Shown here piece after piece: positions 1-10,645 of a stretch of DNA of 64,000 bases (position 1 is the first letter of the stretch; every line of letters starts with the position of its first letter). The DNA comes from Prochlorococcus sp. AG-418-O03 (GTDB lineage: Bacteria; Cyanobacteriota; Cyanobacteriia; PCC-6307; Cyanobiaceae), in assembly GCA_003213855.1 (NCBI GenBank), contig QCMJ01000001.1, positions 88,500 to 152,499 on the forward strand. Direction: 5' to 3'. A program made the position numbers and the translations under genes. The notes below the pieces were generated by a model. It saw only the letters and a list, made by a program, of their open reading frames with translations, ran no database searches and was not told the origin of the DNA.

Positions 1-1
1 C

Positions 2-1114
2 TCATTGAAAATAAGAAATATACTTATTGCCGTTAATTCCAGCCCACCTAATTTTCCTTTTTCTATCAAAAATGATTGATGCGATTTCCATATCGGTTTT
101 TACATACCTATTTACATAAGTAAAAGAACGCTTTTCGATCATATTTGATAAATTCTTGAATAATTTATCCGCTAAAGATTTATTAAATCTTTCAAGAAGT
201 AATAAAGCATCTTCAAGAGTTTTTAATTCAGATAATTTAACTACAATTTCAGATGGTACTTTTTCTTTTACGGCTAGATAAACAAGGATCTCTATTCTTC
301 CATCAGCTAAATGATTATGTGTATGAAAAATACCCCCTGCTAATTTAATTAATTTTCCGTGATAGCCAAAAAGAATTACCGTTTTAACTTTTTTTATTGC
401 AGCATCTACTATTAGAGGTCCTATCCAATTTCCAACTTTTATAATTGGAAACTCAACATTACAAGTTTCTGCCAAATTTAAACCATTTTCACCAATAACA
501 AAAACAACTTTCCCTTTAAAATCATTTTTAGTCAATTTTGCTAGCTTTGTTCTAGCTTCCTTTAATTGATCAGGTGAAGCACTCGAATAAGTCTCTGCAG
601 AAGTTCCAATAATAGATAATCCATCAACAATACCAAATGACTGATTACTAGTTCTTTCAGCTAAAAAATCACCATTTGGGAAAACAATTTCTAAATTCAA
701 ATTAAAGCCAGCAGGAATACTATCTAATAAATTTTCATATAAAACTTCTTTGGCAAAATTAGAAATGCATATCTCTGATGTATCTTCTTTTACGCCTACA
801 CCTGATCCTGCAATAATATTGATTGATTTTTTTTGAACAAAATTATTAAAAGAAATTTTTTCTAAAGAGACTATTGCCCATATTTCTAAGTTTTGAGTAA
901 TGTCAAGATCTAAGCCAGACTTTGCAAAAGAAATTCCTAATGCTTGCGAGTCATGTTTAAGTAAGCCAACAGAATGAATTTCAATTTTTATTTCTTTTTG
1001 TTCATTAGGGATTTTTATTAGTTCATAATTCTCAAATGGCAATCCTACAAGTTTTTTTAATGCTGACTTAGCGGCTCCAGCAACCCACAAAGGTAAAGAA
1101 AATCCTTTTTTCAA
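2..1114 (-). CDS. cbiD: Cobalt-precorrin-5B C1-methyltransferase
   Basis: 370 aa, TTG start. CbiD motifs GFSLPLWVAGAAKSA, AERTSNQSFGIVDGLSIIGT, GYHGKLIKLAGGIFHTH. The stop overlaps (ATGA) the start of a following gene that runs off the window. Confidence 0.93.
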   Translation of the reverse strand: MKKGFSLPLWVAGAAKSALKKLVGLPFENYELIKIPNEQKEIKIEIHSVGLLKHDSQALGISFAKSGLDLDITQNLEIWAIVSLEKISFNNFVQKKSINIIAGSGVGVKEDTSEICISNFAKEVLYENLLDSIPAGFNLNLEIVFPNGDFLAERTSNQSFGIVDGLSIIGTSAETYSSASPDQLKEARTKLAKLTKNDFKGKVVFVIGENGLNLAETCNVEFPIIKVGNWIGPLIVDAAIKKVKTVILFGYHGKLIKLAGGIFHTHNHLADGRIEILVYLAVKEKVPSEIVVKLSELKTLEDALLLLERFNKSLADKLFKNLSNMIEKRSFTYVNRYVKTDMEIASIIFDRKRKIRWAGINGNKYISYFQ

Positions 1115-1174
1115 ATCAAGTAATTGAAAAATATATAATGAGAACTAATCTAAGAATGACCTATTTAACAAAAA

Positions 1175-2338
1175 GTGGCCATACAACAAAAATTATCATT
1201 GATGATTCCTGGACCCACACCAGTTCCGGAAAAAGTTTTACAAGCATTAAGTAAGCATCCAATAGGCCATCGCAGTAAAGAATTTCAAGATCTCGTAGAA
1301 AGTACTACTAAAAATTTACAGTGGCTTCATCAAACACAAAATGATGTTCTAACAATTACTGGTAGTGGAACTGCCGCAATGGAAGCTGGAATAATAAATA
1401 CCTTAAGTAAAGGAGATAAAGTAATTTGTGGGGAAAATGGAAAATTTGGCGAAAGATGGGTAAAAGTTGCTAAAGAATTTGGGCTGGAAGTAATAAAAAT
1501 TAATTCCGAATGGGGTACTCCACTTGATCCAGAAGAATTCAAAAAGGTATTAGAGAAAGATGAACAAAAAGAAATAAAGGCGGTTATTTTGACTCATTCT
1601 GAAACTTCAACAGGTGTAATAAATGATCTAGAAACTATTAGTTCATATATTCGCTCGCACAACACAGCTTTATCAATTATAGACTGCGTTACAAGTCTTG
1701 GAGCTTGCAATGTACCAGTAGATGAATGGAAATTAGATATCGTTGCTTCAGGATCACAAAAGGGATATATGATACCTCCAGGGCTTAGTTTTATAGCGAT
1801 GAGCCAAAAAGCATGGGAAGCTGCAGAAAAATCTAATTTACCAAAATTTTATTTAAATTTGAAATCCTACAGAAAAAGTCTTTTAAGTAACAGTAATCCA
1901 TATACTCCAGCAGTTAATTTGGTTTTTGCTTTAGATGAAGCTTTAAAAATGATGAGAGAAGAGGGCTTAAATAACATTTTCCTCAGACACAATAAACACA
2001 AATTAGCGATGAGCAATGCAGTAAAGGCTTTAAATCTAAAATTATTTGCTGATGAAAAATATTTAAGTCCTTCTATTACTGCAATAAAAACAGAAGGAAT
2101 AGATGCTGAAGAATTTAGAAAAAAAATAAAGAATAATTTCGATATCTTACTTGCTGGTGGTCAAGATCACCTGAAGGGGAAAATATTTAGAGTCGGACAT
2201 TTAGGTTATGTTAATGACAGAGATATTATTACGGTAGTTTCTGCTATAAGTAATACACTTCTTGACCTCGATAAAATTACATCCCAACAAGCTGGTGAAG
2301 CATTAGTTGTGGTATCAAGGTATCTAGAGGGAAATTAA
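1175..2338 (+). CDS. dhsS: Class V PLP aminotransferase (serine/alanine-glyoxylate aminotransferase; cyanobacterial 'soluble hydrogenase small subunit')
   Basis: LMIPGPTPVP N-terminus, THSETSTG, DCVTSLG, PLP-lysine motif SGSQKG, FRVGHLG. Confidence 0.88.
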   Translation: MAIQQKLSLMIPGPTPVPEKVLQALSKHPIGHRSKEFQDLVESTTKNLQWLHQTQNDVLTITGSGTAAMEAGIINTLSKGDKVICGENGKFGERWVKVAKEFGLEVIKINSEWGTPLDPEEFKKVLEKDEQKEIKAVILTHSETSTGVINDLETISSYIRSHNTALSIIDCVTSLGACNVPVDEWKLDIVASGSQKGYMIPPGLSFIAMSQKAWEAAEKSNLPKFYLNLKSYRKSLLSNSNPYTPAVNLVFALDEALKMMREEGLNNIFLRHNKHKLAMSNAVKALNLKLFADEKYLSPSITAIKTEGIDAEEFRKKIKNNFDILLAGGQDHLKGKIFRVGHLGYVNDRDIITVVSAISNTLLDLDKITSQQAGEALVVVSRYLEGN

Positions 2339-2339
2339 G

Positions 2340-2537
2340 TTAAGTGCCAGGCTCTTCAATATTTCCACCTAATTCAACAATCTTTTTTCTAAGAACGATT
2401 GATTTTTTTTCATCACCGTTGGTTTGAGCTATTGCAAGTGCAAACTCTAATTTTTCGAGCTGGTGGCCACCCTCAAAAAAAGATAATCTTTTCTTTATGC
2501 GGTTTTTATTATCTTTGTATGAAATTTGTGAAGACAT
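2340..2537 (-). CDS. Small conserved hypothetical protein
   Basis: 65 aa ORF with ATG start that fills the gap; protein-like composition (GGHQLEKLEFALA...EEPGT). Confidence 0.7.
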   Translation of the reverse strand: MSSQISYKDNKNRIKKRLSFFEGGHQLEKLEFALAIAQTNGDEKKSIVLRKKIVELGGNIEEPGT

Positions 2538-2661
2538 AAAAATTCATGCTTTAGTTAACATTATGCCAACAAAAGGGGACATTACGAGAGGAAACTAAAA
2601 ATATTATTTGACTATAAACTTAAATAAAAATAATTTTTTCTAATATTATGTTCAAACATCC

Positions 2662-3183
2662 TTGAAATTTATGCCTAACATAAATCTAATTTATTATATT
2701 GTTGCAGGTTGTATTTTTGGAGCATTAGCTCTAAAAACAGGTATTCCTGCAGCTCCTCTAGCAGGTGCTTTAATAGGCGCAAGCATACTTAGCATAAGTG
2801 GCAAAGTCGACATCGCAGATTGGCCAATCGGAACAAGAACAATTTTAGAAATCGGAATTGGAACAGTCATTGGTACATCATTAACAAAAGACTCATTAGT
2901 TGATATTCAAAATTTATGGAGACCAGCAATATTAATAACTTTTACTTTAGTTATTACTGGATTAGCAATTGGTTTATGGACAAGCAGATTACTTAATATA
3001 GATATTATTACAACAATTCTAGGAGCTGCACCAGGAGGAATTAGCGGAATGAGCCTTGTAGGGTCTGAATACGGAGTGGGGCCTGCGGTAGCAACTTTAC
3101 ACGCTGTCAGATTGATCACTGTACTCTTAATTCTTCCTTTAGTTGTGAAATGCTTGAATATATTTGGAGTGATTAAATCTTAA
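2662..3183 (+). CDS. AbrB-family membrane protein (single repeat)
   Basis: About 5 hydrophobic helices; IGTVIG, LGAAPGGISGM and LHAVRL motifs typical of the membrane AbrB repeat. Real start may be ATG 2671. Confidence 0.8.
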   Translation: MKFMPNINLIYYIVAGCIFGALALKTGIPAAPLAGALIGASILSISGKVDIADWPIGTRTILEIGIGTVIGTSLTKDSLVDIQNLWRPAILITFTLVITGLAIGLWTSRLLNIDIITTILGAAPGGISGMSLVGSEYGVGPAVATLHAVRLITVLLILPLVVKCLNIFGVIKS

Positions 3184-3239
3184 ATTTCTATAGACATATT
3201 CACAATAAAAGATATTTTTAAATAGAAGAGGAAAGCCTA

Positions 3240-3704
3240 ATGCAAAGATTAACGAAGAAAAAACTAATACCATTAGCACTGGGAATTTTCGCTCCTCTAA
3301 CCCTTACTACGCCAAGAGTAAATGCAAGTGCATTTGGAGCGGAAATTTTTTGTACTATGAGAGACGGCGGAAATGACCATGAAAGTAGTTGGGATGCAGC
3401 TTATACGTATATAAAAAAACAAAAGGGAGGATTCTTCAAAGTTTCCCCTAAAAATGCAGCAGCGCAAATTACTGAAACAGTTATAAGGGAAAGAGAAAAA
3501 TTTAGTTATTGCGTTGAATATTTAGATAATCTTCATCCAAATAGAAAACTAATACGAGATTTAGAAAAAGAAGAAAAAAGAAAAGAAAAAGAAGCAAAAG
3601 ATAGAGAAAACAAAAGAAATAGATTAAAAAAGGAATTAGAAGAAGCTAATGAAGAAATTTCTGAAGAATTTACTGATGAAACACTCGATAGATATAGTTA
3701 TTAA
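3240..3704 (+). CDS. Hypothetical exported protein with a Cys pair and a charged coiled-coil tail
   Basis: Signal-peptide-like N-terminus (KKK, hydrophobic stretch, VNA), FCTMR...YCVE, K/E-rich C-terminus; GAGG 8-11 nt upstream of the ATG. Confidence 0.75.
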   Translation: MQRLTKKKLIPLALGIFAPLTLTTPRVNASAFGAEIFCTMRDGGNDHESSWDAAYTYIKKQKGGFFKVSPKNAAAQITETVIREREKFSYCVEYLDNLHPNRKLIRDLEKEEKRKEKEAKDRENKRNRLKKELEEANEEISEEFTDETLDRYSY

Positions 3705-3866
3705 TCAAGGTTTCAAAAGATAAAATTTTTTCTAAATTTTATAAATACTATTTTGTATCTAAACACACTAAATGATTTTTTTTATGGCAAATATAGGGTA
3801 AAAAATATAAATGAATGTTGACTTTTAATATATTCAAGCGATTATTTATTTAACTAATTATTCTGA

Positions 3867-4268
3867 ATGCATATTAATGATGCGGTGTTTTTAGAGGATT
3901 TATGTCCTAAGTTCAGATTAAGACAATGGCGAAAATCTATTCATAAATTTACTGGAAAAAGTTGTATATATTGCGGAAAACCATCTGAATCTATTGACCA
4001 TGTAATTCCACAAAGCCAAGGAGGATTAAGTACAACAGAAAACTGCGTTCCTGCATGTCTTTCATGTAATGGGGATAAATCAGATGAAAATGCATTGTAT
4101 TGGTATAGAAGACAAAAATTTTATGATCCCCGAAGAGCAATGGCTATAAGAGCTTGGTTAGAAGGAGATTTAAGATTAGCTATTAGATTACTACAATGGG
4201 CCAATCCTAATTTTAAGGTAAAAAATAAAAATTATATAAAAGATGAATCAGAATATAAAGCAGCTTGA
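3867..4268 (+). CDS. Stand-alone HNH endonuclease-family protein with zinc finger
   Basis: CIYCG...SIDHVIPQSQGG...ENCVPACLSCNGDK, the classic CxxC-DH-N-CxxCN pattern. Confidence 0.9.
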   Translation: MHINDAVFLEDLCPKFRLRQWRKSIHKFTGKSCIYCGKPSESIDHVIPQSQGGLSTTENCVPACLSCNGDKSDENALYWYRRQKFYDPRRAMAIRAWLEGDLRLAIRLLQWANPNFKVKNKNYIKDESEYKAA

Positions 4269-4502
4269 CTACCAAACATTACATATTTTTTTAAAGTTAT
4301 AAGTCTCACATATATTTTCCAATTCTTTTGGAGATTCTGGGAATATTAAAATTGTAGAAAATGAAATAAGAAAGACAAATAACTTTTGATAGAATTTAAA
4401 ACTAACTAAACTTACTTTTTTCTCTACAAGAAGAGGGTAACTTTTGCTAATACAGAAAGTTTTTGATTTCAAATCGGGCTCAAAAGCTGTCTTCATTATC
4501 AA
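4269..4502 (-). CDS. Small hypothetical membrane protein
   Basis: 77 aa, one TM helix then PESP...C...C-NVW; stop codon abuts the HNH stop. Confidence 0.55.
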   Translation of the reverse strand: MIMKTAFEPDLKSKTFCISKSYPLLVEKKVSLVSFKFYQKLFVFLISFSTILIFPESPKELENICETYNFKKICNVW

Positions 4503-4531
4503 TTAATACATATGTACTACTTTAACCCAGC

Positions 4532-5410
4532 ATGAATAAACCTGCAAGTTTACTTGGAAGTAAAAATAAATTTTTAATCTTGGGATGTGGTTTCAGTGGT
4601 AGTTTTTTCGCAAAAACTATTAGAAAATTGGGTTGCACTGTTTTAACAAGCTCAAGATCTGCAAGCAAAGATCCAAATAGTTTTATTTTCAACAGTGAAA
4701 ACGGTGTGGTTCCTGATGTAAAAATTTTTGATGGAGTCACGCATATTCTTAGTTGCATACCTCCTGACAAAAATGGCAATGATCCAGTATTGGAAAGCCT
4801 TCAAAGTAAACTACAAGATTTACCCCTTGAATGGGTTGGATATTTATCTACCACAGGAATATATGGAAACACCGATGGTGGTTGGGTTTCTGAGTTAGAT
4901 CAGCCTAATCCTTTTCAAAAAAGAAGCCATAATAGATTAAATTGTGAAAAAAAATGGCTTGAATCTAGTTTGCCCGTGCAAATTTTTAGATTGCCTGGCA
5001 TCTATGGACCTGGAAGATCCACGTTTGAAGCAATCAAAAATCAAAAAGTTCGAGTTATCTTAAAAAAAGCTCAAGTATTTTCAAGAGTTCATGTTGCTGA
5101 TATTACACATGCGATTATTTTTTTATTACAAAATAAAGATTATTTAAAGTTTCACCAAATCATTAATATTGCAGATGATGAACCCTGTTCTCAGATAGAA
5201 GTTATTCAGTATTGCTACGATTTACTTGGTTTAACAATGCCAAAACCAATATTATTTGAGGATTTAAAAGATGAATTATCACCTATCGCTCAATCTTTTT
5301 GGATGGAAAATAGAAGAGTTTCAAACAAACTTTTATGCAAAACACTCGGATATAAACTAATTTATAAAAACTATAAATTAGGGTTAAAAAATTGCTATCT
5401 AAATAGTTAA
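4532..5410 (+). CDS. Atypical SDR / NAD-dependent epimerase-family protein
   Basis: LGCGFSG Rossmann motif, YLSTTGIYG, FRLPGIYGPGR, SRVHVADI. Confidence 0.85.
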   Translation: MNKPASLLGSKNKFLILGCGFSGSFFAKTIRKLGCTVLTSSRSASKDPNSFIFNSENGVVPDVKIFDGVTHILSCIPPDKNGNDPVLESLQSKLQDLPLEWVGYLSTTGIYGNTDGGWVSELDQPNPFQKRSHNRLNCEKKWLESSLPVQIFRLPGIYGPGRSTFEAIKNQKVRVILKKAQVFSRVHVADITHAIIFLLQNKDYLKFHQIINIADDEPCSQIEVIQYCYDLLGLTMPKPILFEDLKDELSPIAQSFWMENRRVSNKLLCKTLGYKLIYKNYKLGLKNCYLNS

Positions 5411-5430
5411 AAAAATAATTTAAATTTTTT

Positions 5431-6465
5431 ATGAATTTTCAAAATACAAATAAAATATTGAATATAGTACTAAGCGTCGGAGATGAGTCAGGTATTGGAC
5501 CTGAAATAATCTTAAAAGCACTTTGTTCTAATGAGATACCAAAAAATATTGACTTTATATTAGTTGGATCCAAAAAAAAGCTACAAAATACATATAAATA
5601 CCTTAGATCATTAGGATTGAAAAACCTTGCAAATCCTAAAAATTTCAAGATACATGATCTCGAAATTTCTTCATCAAATAATGACCCTAAATCAAGTTAC
5701 GGCGATTCAAGTTTCCAATATTTAACAAAAGCAATAGAAATTGTAAAACAATATCCCAATTCAGCACTTGTAACTGGACCAATTTGCAAAAAATCATGGT
5801 CTCTAGCAGGTCATTACTTCTCTGGTCAAACTGAAGTACTAGCAAAGTCTTGTGGAGTAAAAAACGTTGGCATGTTATTCACAGCTAAATCACCAATTAC
5901 AGGTTGGAGATTTAATACTTTATTAGCTACTACCCACATAGCCCTCTCAGAGGTTCCCAAGAAATTAACTAAAGAATTAATCCACTCTAAATTGGATCTT
6001 TTCAAAGATTTTTGTGATACCTATACTGATAAACCTACTTTAAAGGTAGCAGGATTAAACCCTCACGCCGGCGAAGAAGGGATTTTAGGTCATGAAGAGA
6101 AAGATTGGCTCAATGATGCATTAATTACTTGGAATGAAAAGAATAGAGGTATTGAATTATTAGGCCCTTTATCACCAGATAGTTGCTGGAATTCTTCTGT
6201 AAAAGCATGGAATGACAAAAATGCTGAAAAGCATGATGGCATTCTTGCTATGTATCATGATCAAGGTTTAATCCCAATGAAAGTGATAGCTCTTAATTAT
6301 TCAGTCAATACCACAGTCGGTTTACCTTTTATAAGAACATCTCCTGATCATGGAACGGGATTTGATATTGCTGGCAAAGGAATTGCTCAATCTCAAAGCA
6401 TGATTGAGGCTATTAAGTCTGCCGTAGAAATGACTAACAATTCAAGACTGCTTAACACGCATTAA
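5431..6465 (+). CDS. pdxA: 4-hydroxythreonine-4-phosphate dehydrogenase
   Basis: GDESGIGPE, GLNPHAGE, AMYHDQGL, RTSPDHGT motifs. Confidence 0.96.
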   Translation: MNFQNTNKILNIVLSVGDESGIGPEIILKALCSNEIPKNIDFILVGSKKKLQNTYKYLRSLGLKNLANPKNFKIHDLEISSSNNDPKSSYGDSSFQYLTKAIEIVKQYPNSALVTGPICKKSWSLAGHYFSGQTEVLAKSCGVKNVGMLFTAKSPITGWRFNTLLATTHIALSEVPKKLTKELIHSKLDLFKDFCDTYTDKPTLKVAGLNPHAGEEGILGHEEKDWLNDALITWNEKNRGIELLGPLSPDSCWNSSVKAWNDKNAEKHDGILAMYHDQGLIPMKVIALNYSVNTTVGLPFIRTSPDHGTGFDIAGKGIAQSQSMIEAIKSAVEMTNNSRLLNTH

Positions 6466-6948
6466 AACTTGACCAAATTCAACTGGTGTTCCATTTTCAA
6501 CGAGAATCTCTACTATTTCAGCATTAAATTCAGATTCAATTTCATTCATTAACTTCATTGCTTCCAAAATACAAATAGTTTGGCCGACCTTAACGTTATT
6601 CCCTACTTCGACGAAAGGTTCCTCATCAGGCGCTGCAGCTCTATAAAATGTCCCAACCATAGGAGAAGTAATTTCAGTTAGATCAGAACGTCCTGGAGGT
6701 GCCACCTGAGGGGCCTCAGGTTCATTAACAACTGGGATATTATCATTAATAGTTTTTTGATTAGCAATTGTTTGCTTATCAAATGAAGTATTAGAAACTA
6801 AATTATTAATAACTTGGTTCTGATCAAATACATTCCTTTTTATTTCGAGTTTAAAATCTTCTCCCTCTAGCGAGAACTCTTGTATATCACTTGTAGAGAT
6901 TTTCTCTATTAAGCGATTTAAATCATCATGATCTAATTTCATAGCCAT
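6442..6948 (-). CDS. accB: Acetyl-CoA carboxylase biotin carboxyl carrier protein
   Basis: SPMVGTFY and EAMKLMNEI biotinylation motif; coupled to efp by a TAATG overlap. Confidence 0.97.
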   Translation of the reverse strand: MAMKLDHDDLNRLIEKISTSDIQEFSLEGEDFKLEIKRNVFDQNQVINNLVSNTSFDKQTIANQKTINDNIPVVNEPEAPQVAPPGRSDLTEITSPMVGTFYRAAAPDEEPFVEVGNNVKVGQTICILEAMKLMNEIESEFNAEIVEILVENGTPVEFGQVLMRVKQS

Positions 6949-7508
6949 TAATTTTCACGTCCAAGATAACTGTCATTACGAGTATCAACTTTAATCATTT
7001 CTCCTACAGAAATAAATAAAGGAACCATAACTTGAGCACCTGTTTCTAGAATAGCGGGTTTGGTGCCCCCACTAGCAGTATCTCCTTTAACTCCAGGATC
7101 AGTCTCTGTAACTTTCAAAGTAATAGATATTGGAAGTTCTACTTCTAGAACTTTACCATTATGAAAAATCACATTAACCTCCATTCCCTCTTTCAAATAC
7201 TTTGCACCTTTACCGATTTGTTCAGAGGTTAGTCTTGTCTCTTCAAAACTTGTCATATCCATAAAAACATAATCACCAGACTCCACATAAGTATGCTGCA
7301 GGTTAGACTTCTCAAGGATAGCCTGCTGTACTGATTCTCCGGCTCGAAAAGTTTTTTCAACAACGTTGCCGCTTTGAACTGATTTTAATTTTGTTCGCAC
7401 GAAAGCAGAACCCTTGCCAGGCTTGACATGTAGAAATTCTACAACACGCCAAACTTGTCCATCCAATTCGATGGTAGTACCTGTGCGAAAATCGTTACTG
7501 GAAATCAT
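6948..7508 (-). CDS. efp: Translation elongation factor P
   Basis: [25 protein letters not shown]. Start placed at ATG 7508 (MISSNDF) rather than the ORF-track start. Confidence 0.97.
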   Translation of the reverse strand: MISSNDFRTGTTIELDGQVWRVVEFLHVKPGKGSAFVRTKLKSVQSGNVVEKTFRAGESVQQAILEKSNLQHTYVESGDYVFMDMTSFEETRLTSEQIGKGAKYLKEGMEVNVIFHNGKVLEVELPISITLKVTETDPGVKGDTASGGTKPAILETGAQVMVPLFISVGEMIKVDTRNDSYLGREN

Positions 7509-7551
7509 TCCTGTATTACATCCCCAAGGATCATAAACCTGCAAGAGTGCT

Positions 7552-8643
7552 ATGCAAAAATTCTTATCAAATCAGAACAAACTTTTCTTAATTGTTTCGA
7601 TTGTAATTTTACAGATTTTTCTTTTAAAACCGACTCAAGTACTAGCTGATTTACCTACTGGAAATGCAGTAAAAGATCCTAGTGCAATCCTCAGAAACGC
7701 CCTCCCTATCAAGCAAGTTGAATTGCAGGAACTTCAACACAAATTAGAAGAAACTAGTGACCTAGTAAGAGGAGGAAGATGGCCCGCTCTTACGAAAACT
7801 GTTACAAAATGTCAATCTTTACTAAAAAAATACCAGACTAAAATTATTCAAGAGTTACCAAACGATAAAAAGAAAATTGCTGAAAAAACATTTTTAGAGC
7901 TCAAAGAAAATTTTGATAGTCTTCAAGATTACTCTAAATCAAAGGATAAATACTCATTTATAGCGACCCGAAGAGATGCTTTAGATAAAATAGGTGGATT
8001 AGAAGAATATTTTCTACCAAATGAATTTCCATACTCTATTCCCAAGGAATTTGATAATTTACCAAGATTACTGGGCAGAGCAAAAGTCAATATAAAAACT
8101 TCCAAAGGAGATATGCAAGCTATTGTGGATGGATTTAACGCTCCACTTACTTCAGGAGCATTTATAGATTTATCTTCAAAAAACTTCTACAAAGATTTGC
8201 CTATCAACAGAGCAGAAGAATTTTTTGTACTGCAAACAGGTGATCCAATTGGTGAAGATATTGGTTTTATAGATCCTGAAACAAACGAAGAACGTCACGT
8301 CCCTTTAGAAATTAGAATTCCTGATGAAAAAGATACTTTTTATAATCAAACTTTTGAAGATTTAGGTCTTTATACAGAAACGCCAACATTACCTTTTGCA
8401 ACACTTGGAACTCTAGGATGGTCCCATTCAAATACCGCAGTTGATGATGGGTCATCCCAATTTTTCTTCTTTTTATATGAAGCAGAATTAAATCCAGCAG
8501 GTCGTAATTTAATTGATGGGAGGAACGCTGCCTTTGGTTACGTTGTAGATGGATTTGATGTATTAGAAGAACTTACTAAAGATGACACAATTATTTCAAT
8601 TGATGTTTTAGAAGGAATTGAAAACCTCAAATTAAATGCATAA
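7552..8643 (+). CDS. Cyclophilin-type PPIase, thylakoid-lumen CYP38/TLP40-like
   Basis: Signal peptide (VLA cleavage), helical domain, then cyclophilin core [35 protein letters not shown]. Confidence 0.88.
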   Translation: MQKFLSNQNKLFLIVSIVILQIFLLKPTQVLADLPTGNAVKDPSAILRNALPIKQVELQELQHKLEETSDLVRGGRWPALTKTVTKCQSLLKKYQTKIIQELPNDKKKIAEKTFLELKENFDSLQDYSKSKDKYSFIATRRDALDKIGGLEEYFLPNEFPYSIPKEFDNLPRLLGRAKVNIKTSKGDMQAIVDGFNAPLTSGAFIDLSSKNFYKDLPINRAEEFFVLQTGDPIGEDIGFIDPETNEERHVPLEIRIPDEKDTFYNQTFEDLGLYTETPTLPFATLGTLGWSHSNTAVDDGSSQFFFFLYEAELNPAGRNLIDGRNAAFGYVVDGFDVLEELTKDDTIISIDVLEGIENLKLNA

Positions 8644-9622
8644 AGAAATACTAAAAGATATAGGGGAAAAAGAATTAATAAATAGGCTAGGAAAATTTAT
8701 GCCTAAAAACCAAATTTCAGATGATTGCGCTTTAATCAAAACTAAAAATGAAAATTTACTTATTAATACTGATTCTTTGGTAGAAAATATTCATTTTAAT
8801 GACATTACTATTTGTCCTGAGGACCTTGGTTGGAAAGCAGTTGTAAGCAACATCTCTGACTTATTATCCAGTGGAAGTAAAAAAACTATAGGTATTACAA
8901 TAAGCCTAGTACTACCTGCTAGAACTGAGTGGATTTGGGTTGAAGAACTATACACCGGAATAAATAAAGCATTAAAAGAATATGGCGGGGTGATTCTAGG
9001 AGGAGATTGCTCAAAGGGAAATGAAAAAATCATTTCAATTTCGGCATTCGGAATTCAAGGTGAACTTGAATTACGAAGAAACGCATGTAAACCAGGAGAT
9101 AAAATCTTAACTACAGGAATTCATGGTCTTAGCAAACTGGGATTTTTGATACAAAATAAAATTAATTTCTATAATGAATTTTCACTTAATGAAAGATTAA
9201 TCATTAAATCCATTGAACATTTCTGTCGCCCCAGAGTTTACCCAAATTTTCTAAATAATCTCCTCAAAACTCGCTCCAATAAAAAAATAAGCAGAATAGG
9301 ATGCACTGATAGCAGTGATGGTCTATTTCAAGCCTTACAAGATTTAGCAATAGCTAGCAACTGTAAAGCGTTTTTAGATTATGAAAAAATACCTAAAGAT
9401 AAAGATTGGCCTAAAGGAGATAAATGGGACGAATATTATTTTTTTGGAGGTGAAGACTATGAATTAGTTTTCTCATTGCCAAAAAAATGGGCAAAAAATT
9501 TATCAAAACTTGATAAAGATATTAAAGAAATTGGTTTTTTTACTGATGGTGAACCATCAATAGAATTTAAAGATTATAAAAAAAACAAATTATTTAATAA
9601 CAAACCTTTCAAACACTTTTAA
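8636..9622 (+). CDS. thiL: Thiamine-monophosphate kinase
   Basis: GEKELI, DDCA, NISDL, GGD, DSSDGL, GGEDYEL motifs. Confidence 0.95.
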   Translation: MHKEILKDIGEKELINRLGKFMPKNQISDDCALIKTKNENLLINTDSLVENIHFNDITICPEDLGWKAVVSNISDLLSSGSKKTIGITISLVLPARTEWIWVEELYTGINKALKEYGGVILGGDCSKGNEKIISISAFGIQGELELRRNACKPGDKILTTGIHGLSKLGFLIQNKINFYNEFSLNERLIIKSIEHFCRPRVYPNFLNNLLKTRSNKKISRIGCTDSSDGLFQALQDLAIASNCKAFLDYEKIPKDKDWPKGDKWDEYYFFGGEDYELVFSLPKKWAKNLSKLDKDIKEIGFFTDGEPSIEFKDYKKNKLFNNKPFKHF

Positions 9623-10645
9623 CTATACCCAATTTTTAGCAACAATCTCTGCTAAATCTACAACTCTCTGACTATAACCCCACTCGTTGTCATACCAGGC
9701 AAGAACCTTTACGAGGTTATCTCCGATACACATAGTAAGGTCGCTATCTACAATTGATGACTCATTGGTGCCTGCATAATCGCTTGACACTAATGGTTCA
9801 TCTCCATACTTAATAATGCCTTTCATTGAGCTTAAAGATGCTTCCTTGATAGCATTATTGACTTCTTGAGCTGTGACAGATTTAGAAGATTCAAAAACGA
9901 AATCTACTGCTGAAACATTAGGAGTTGGAACTCTCATTGCAATTCCTGTTAATTTCCCTTTCATTTCTGGATATACAAGTGCTACTGCTTTTGCAGCACC
10001 TGTAGAAGTAGGAACGATGTTTGTAGCTGCGGCTCTAGCCCTTCTTAGATCTCTATGACTATTATCTAAAATTCTTTGATCCCCTGTATAACTATGGATT
10101 GTAGTCATCAAACCTTTATTAATCCCAAAAGTTTGGTCTAGAACTTTCACTACTGGAGCTAAACAGTTCGTTGTACAACTAGCATTACTTAAAATATCAT
10201 AATCTTTGTGTTTATATGTATCAGCATTAACTCCAACTACATAGGTACCAACTCCATCGCCTTTACCAGGAGCAGTTAAGATGACTTTTTTTGCTCCTAC
10301 CTCTAAGTGCTTACTTGCACCTACGTCTGTATTAAAAACTCCAGTAGATTCAATAACCAAATCTACACCCCAGTCTTTCCAAGGAAGATTCATTGGGTTT
10401 CTATCAGAGAAACACTTAATTGTCTTGTTATTAATTACAAAAGTATCATCGGTATACTGAATATCAACACCATCAAGCTGACCAAGGACTGAGTCATACT
10501 TTAATAAATGAGCATTAGTCTTAGGATCTGAAGTCACGTTAATTCCAACTACTTCAATATTGGTGTAAGCCCCTCTACTAAGCCAACAACGCATAAAGTT
10601 TCGACCAATTCTGCCAAAGCCGTTAATTGCAACACGCAAAGTCAT
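9623..10645 (-). CDS. gap2: Glyceraldehyde-3-phosphate dehydrogenase (Calvin-cycle type)
   Basis: [19 protein letters not shown] active site, [20 protein letters not shown]. Confidence 0.96.
   Translation of the reverse strand: MTLRVAINGFGRIGRNFMRCWLSRGAYTNIEVVGINVTSDPKTNAHLLKYDSVLGQLDGVDIQYTDDTFVINNKTIKCFSDRNPMNLPWKDWGVDLVIESTGVFNTDVGASKHLEVGAKKVILTAPGKGDGVGTYVVGVNADTYKHKDYDILSNASCTTNCLAPVVKVLDQTFGINKGLMTTIHSYTGDQRILDNSHRDLRRARAAATNIVPTSTGAAKAVALVYPEMKGKLTGIAMRVPTPNVSAVDFVFESSKSVTAQEVNNAIKEASLSSMKGIIKYGDEPLVSSDYAGTNESSIVDSDLTMCIGDNLVKVLAWYDNEWGYSQRVVDLAEIVAKNWV

Noticed and set aside
3560-3670. A/G-rich quasi-repeat
   Set aside because: Low-complexity Lys/Glu coiled-coil coding sequence, not a discrete repeat.
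3755-3768. Possible NtcA site upstream of the HNH gene (GTA-N8-CAC)
   Set aside because: Mismatch in the conserved TAC half-site; expected by chance in AT-rich DNA.
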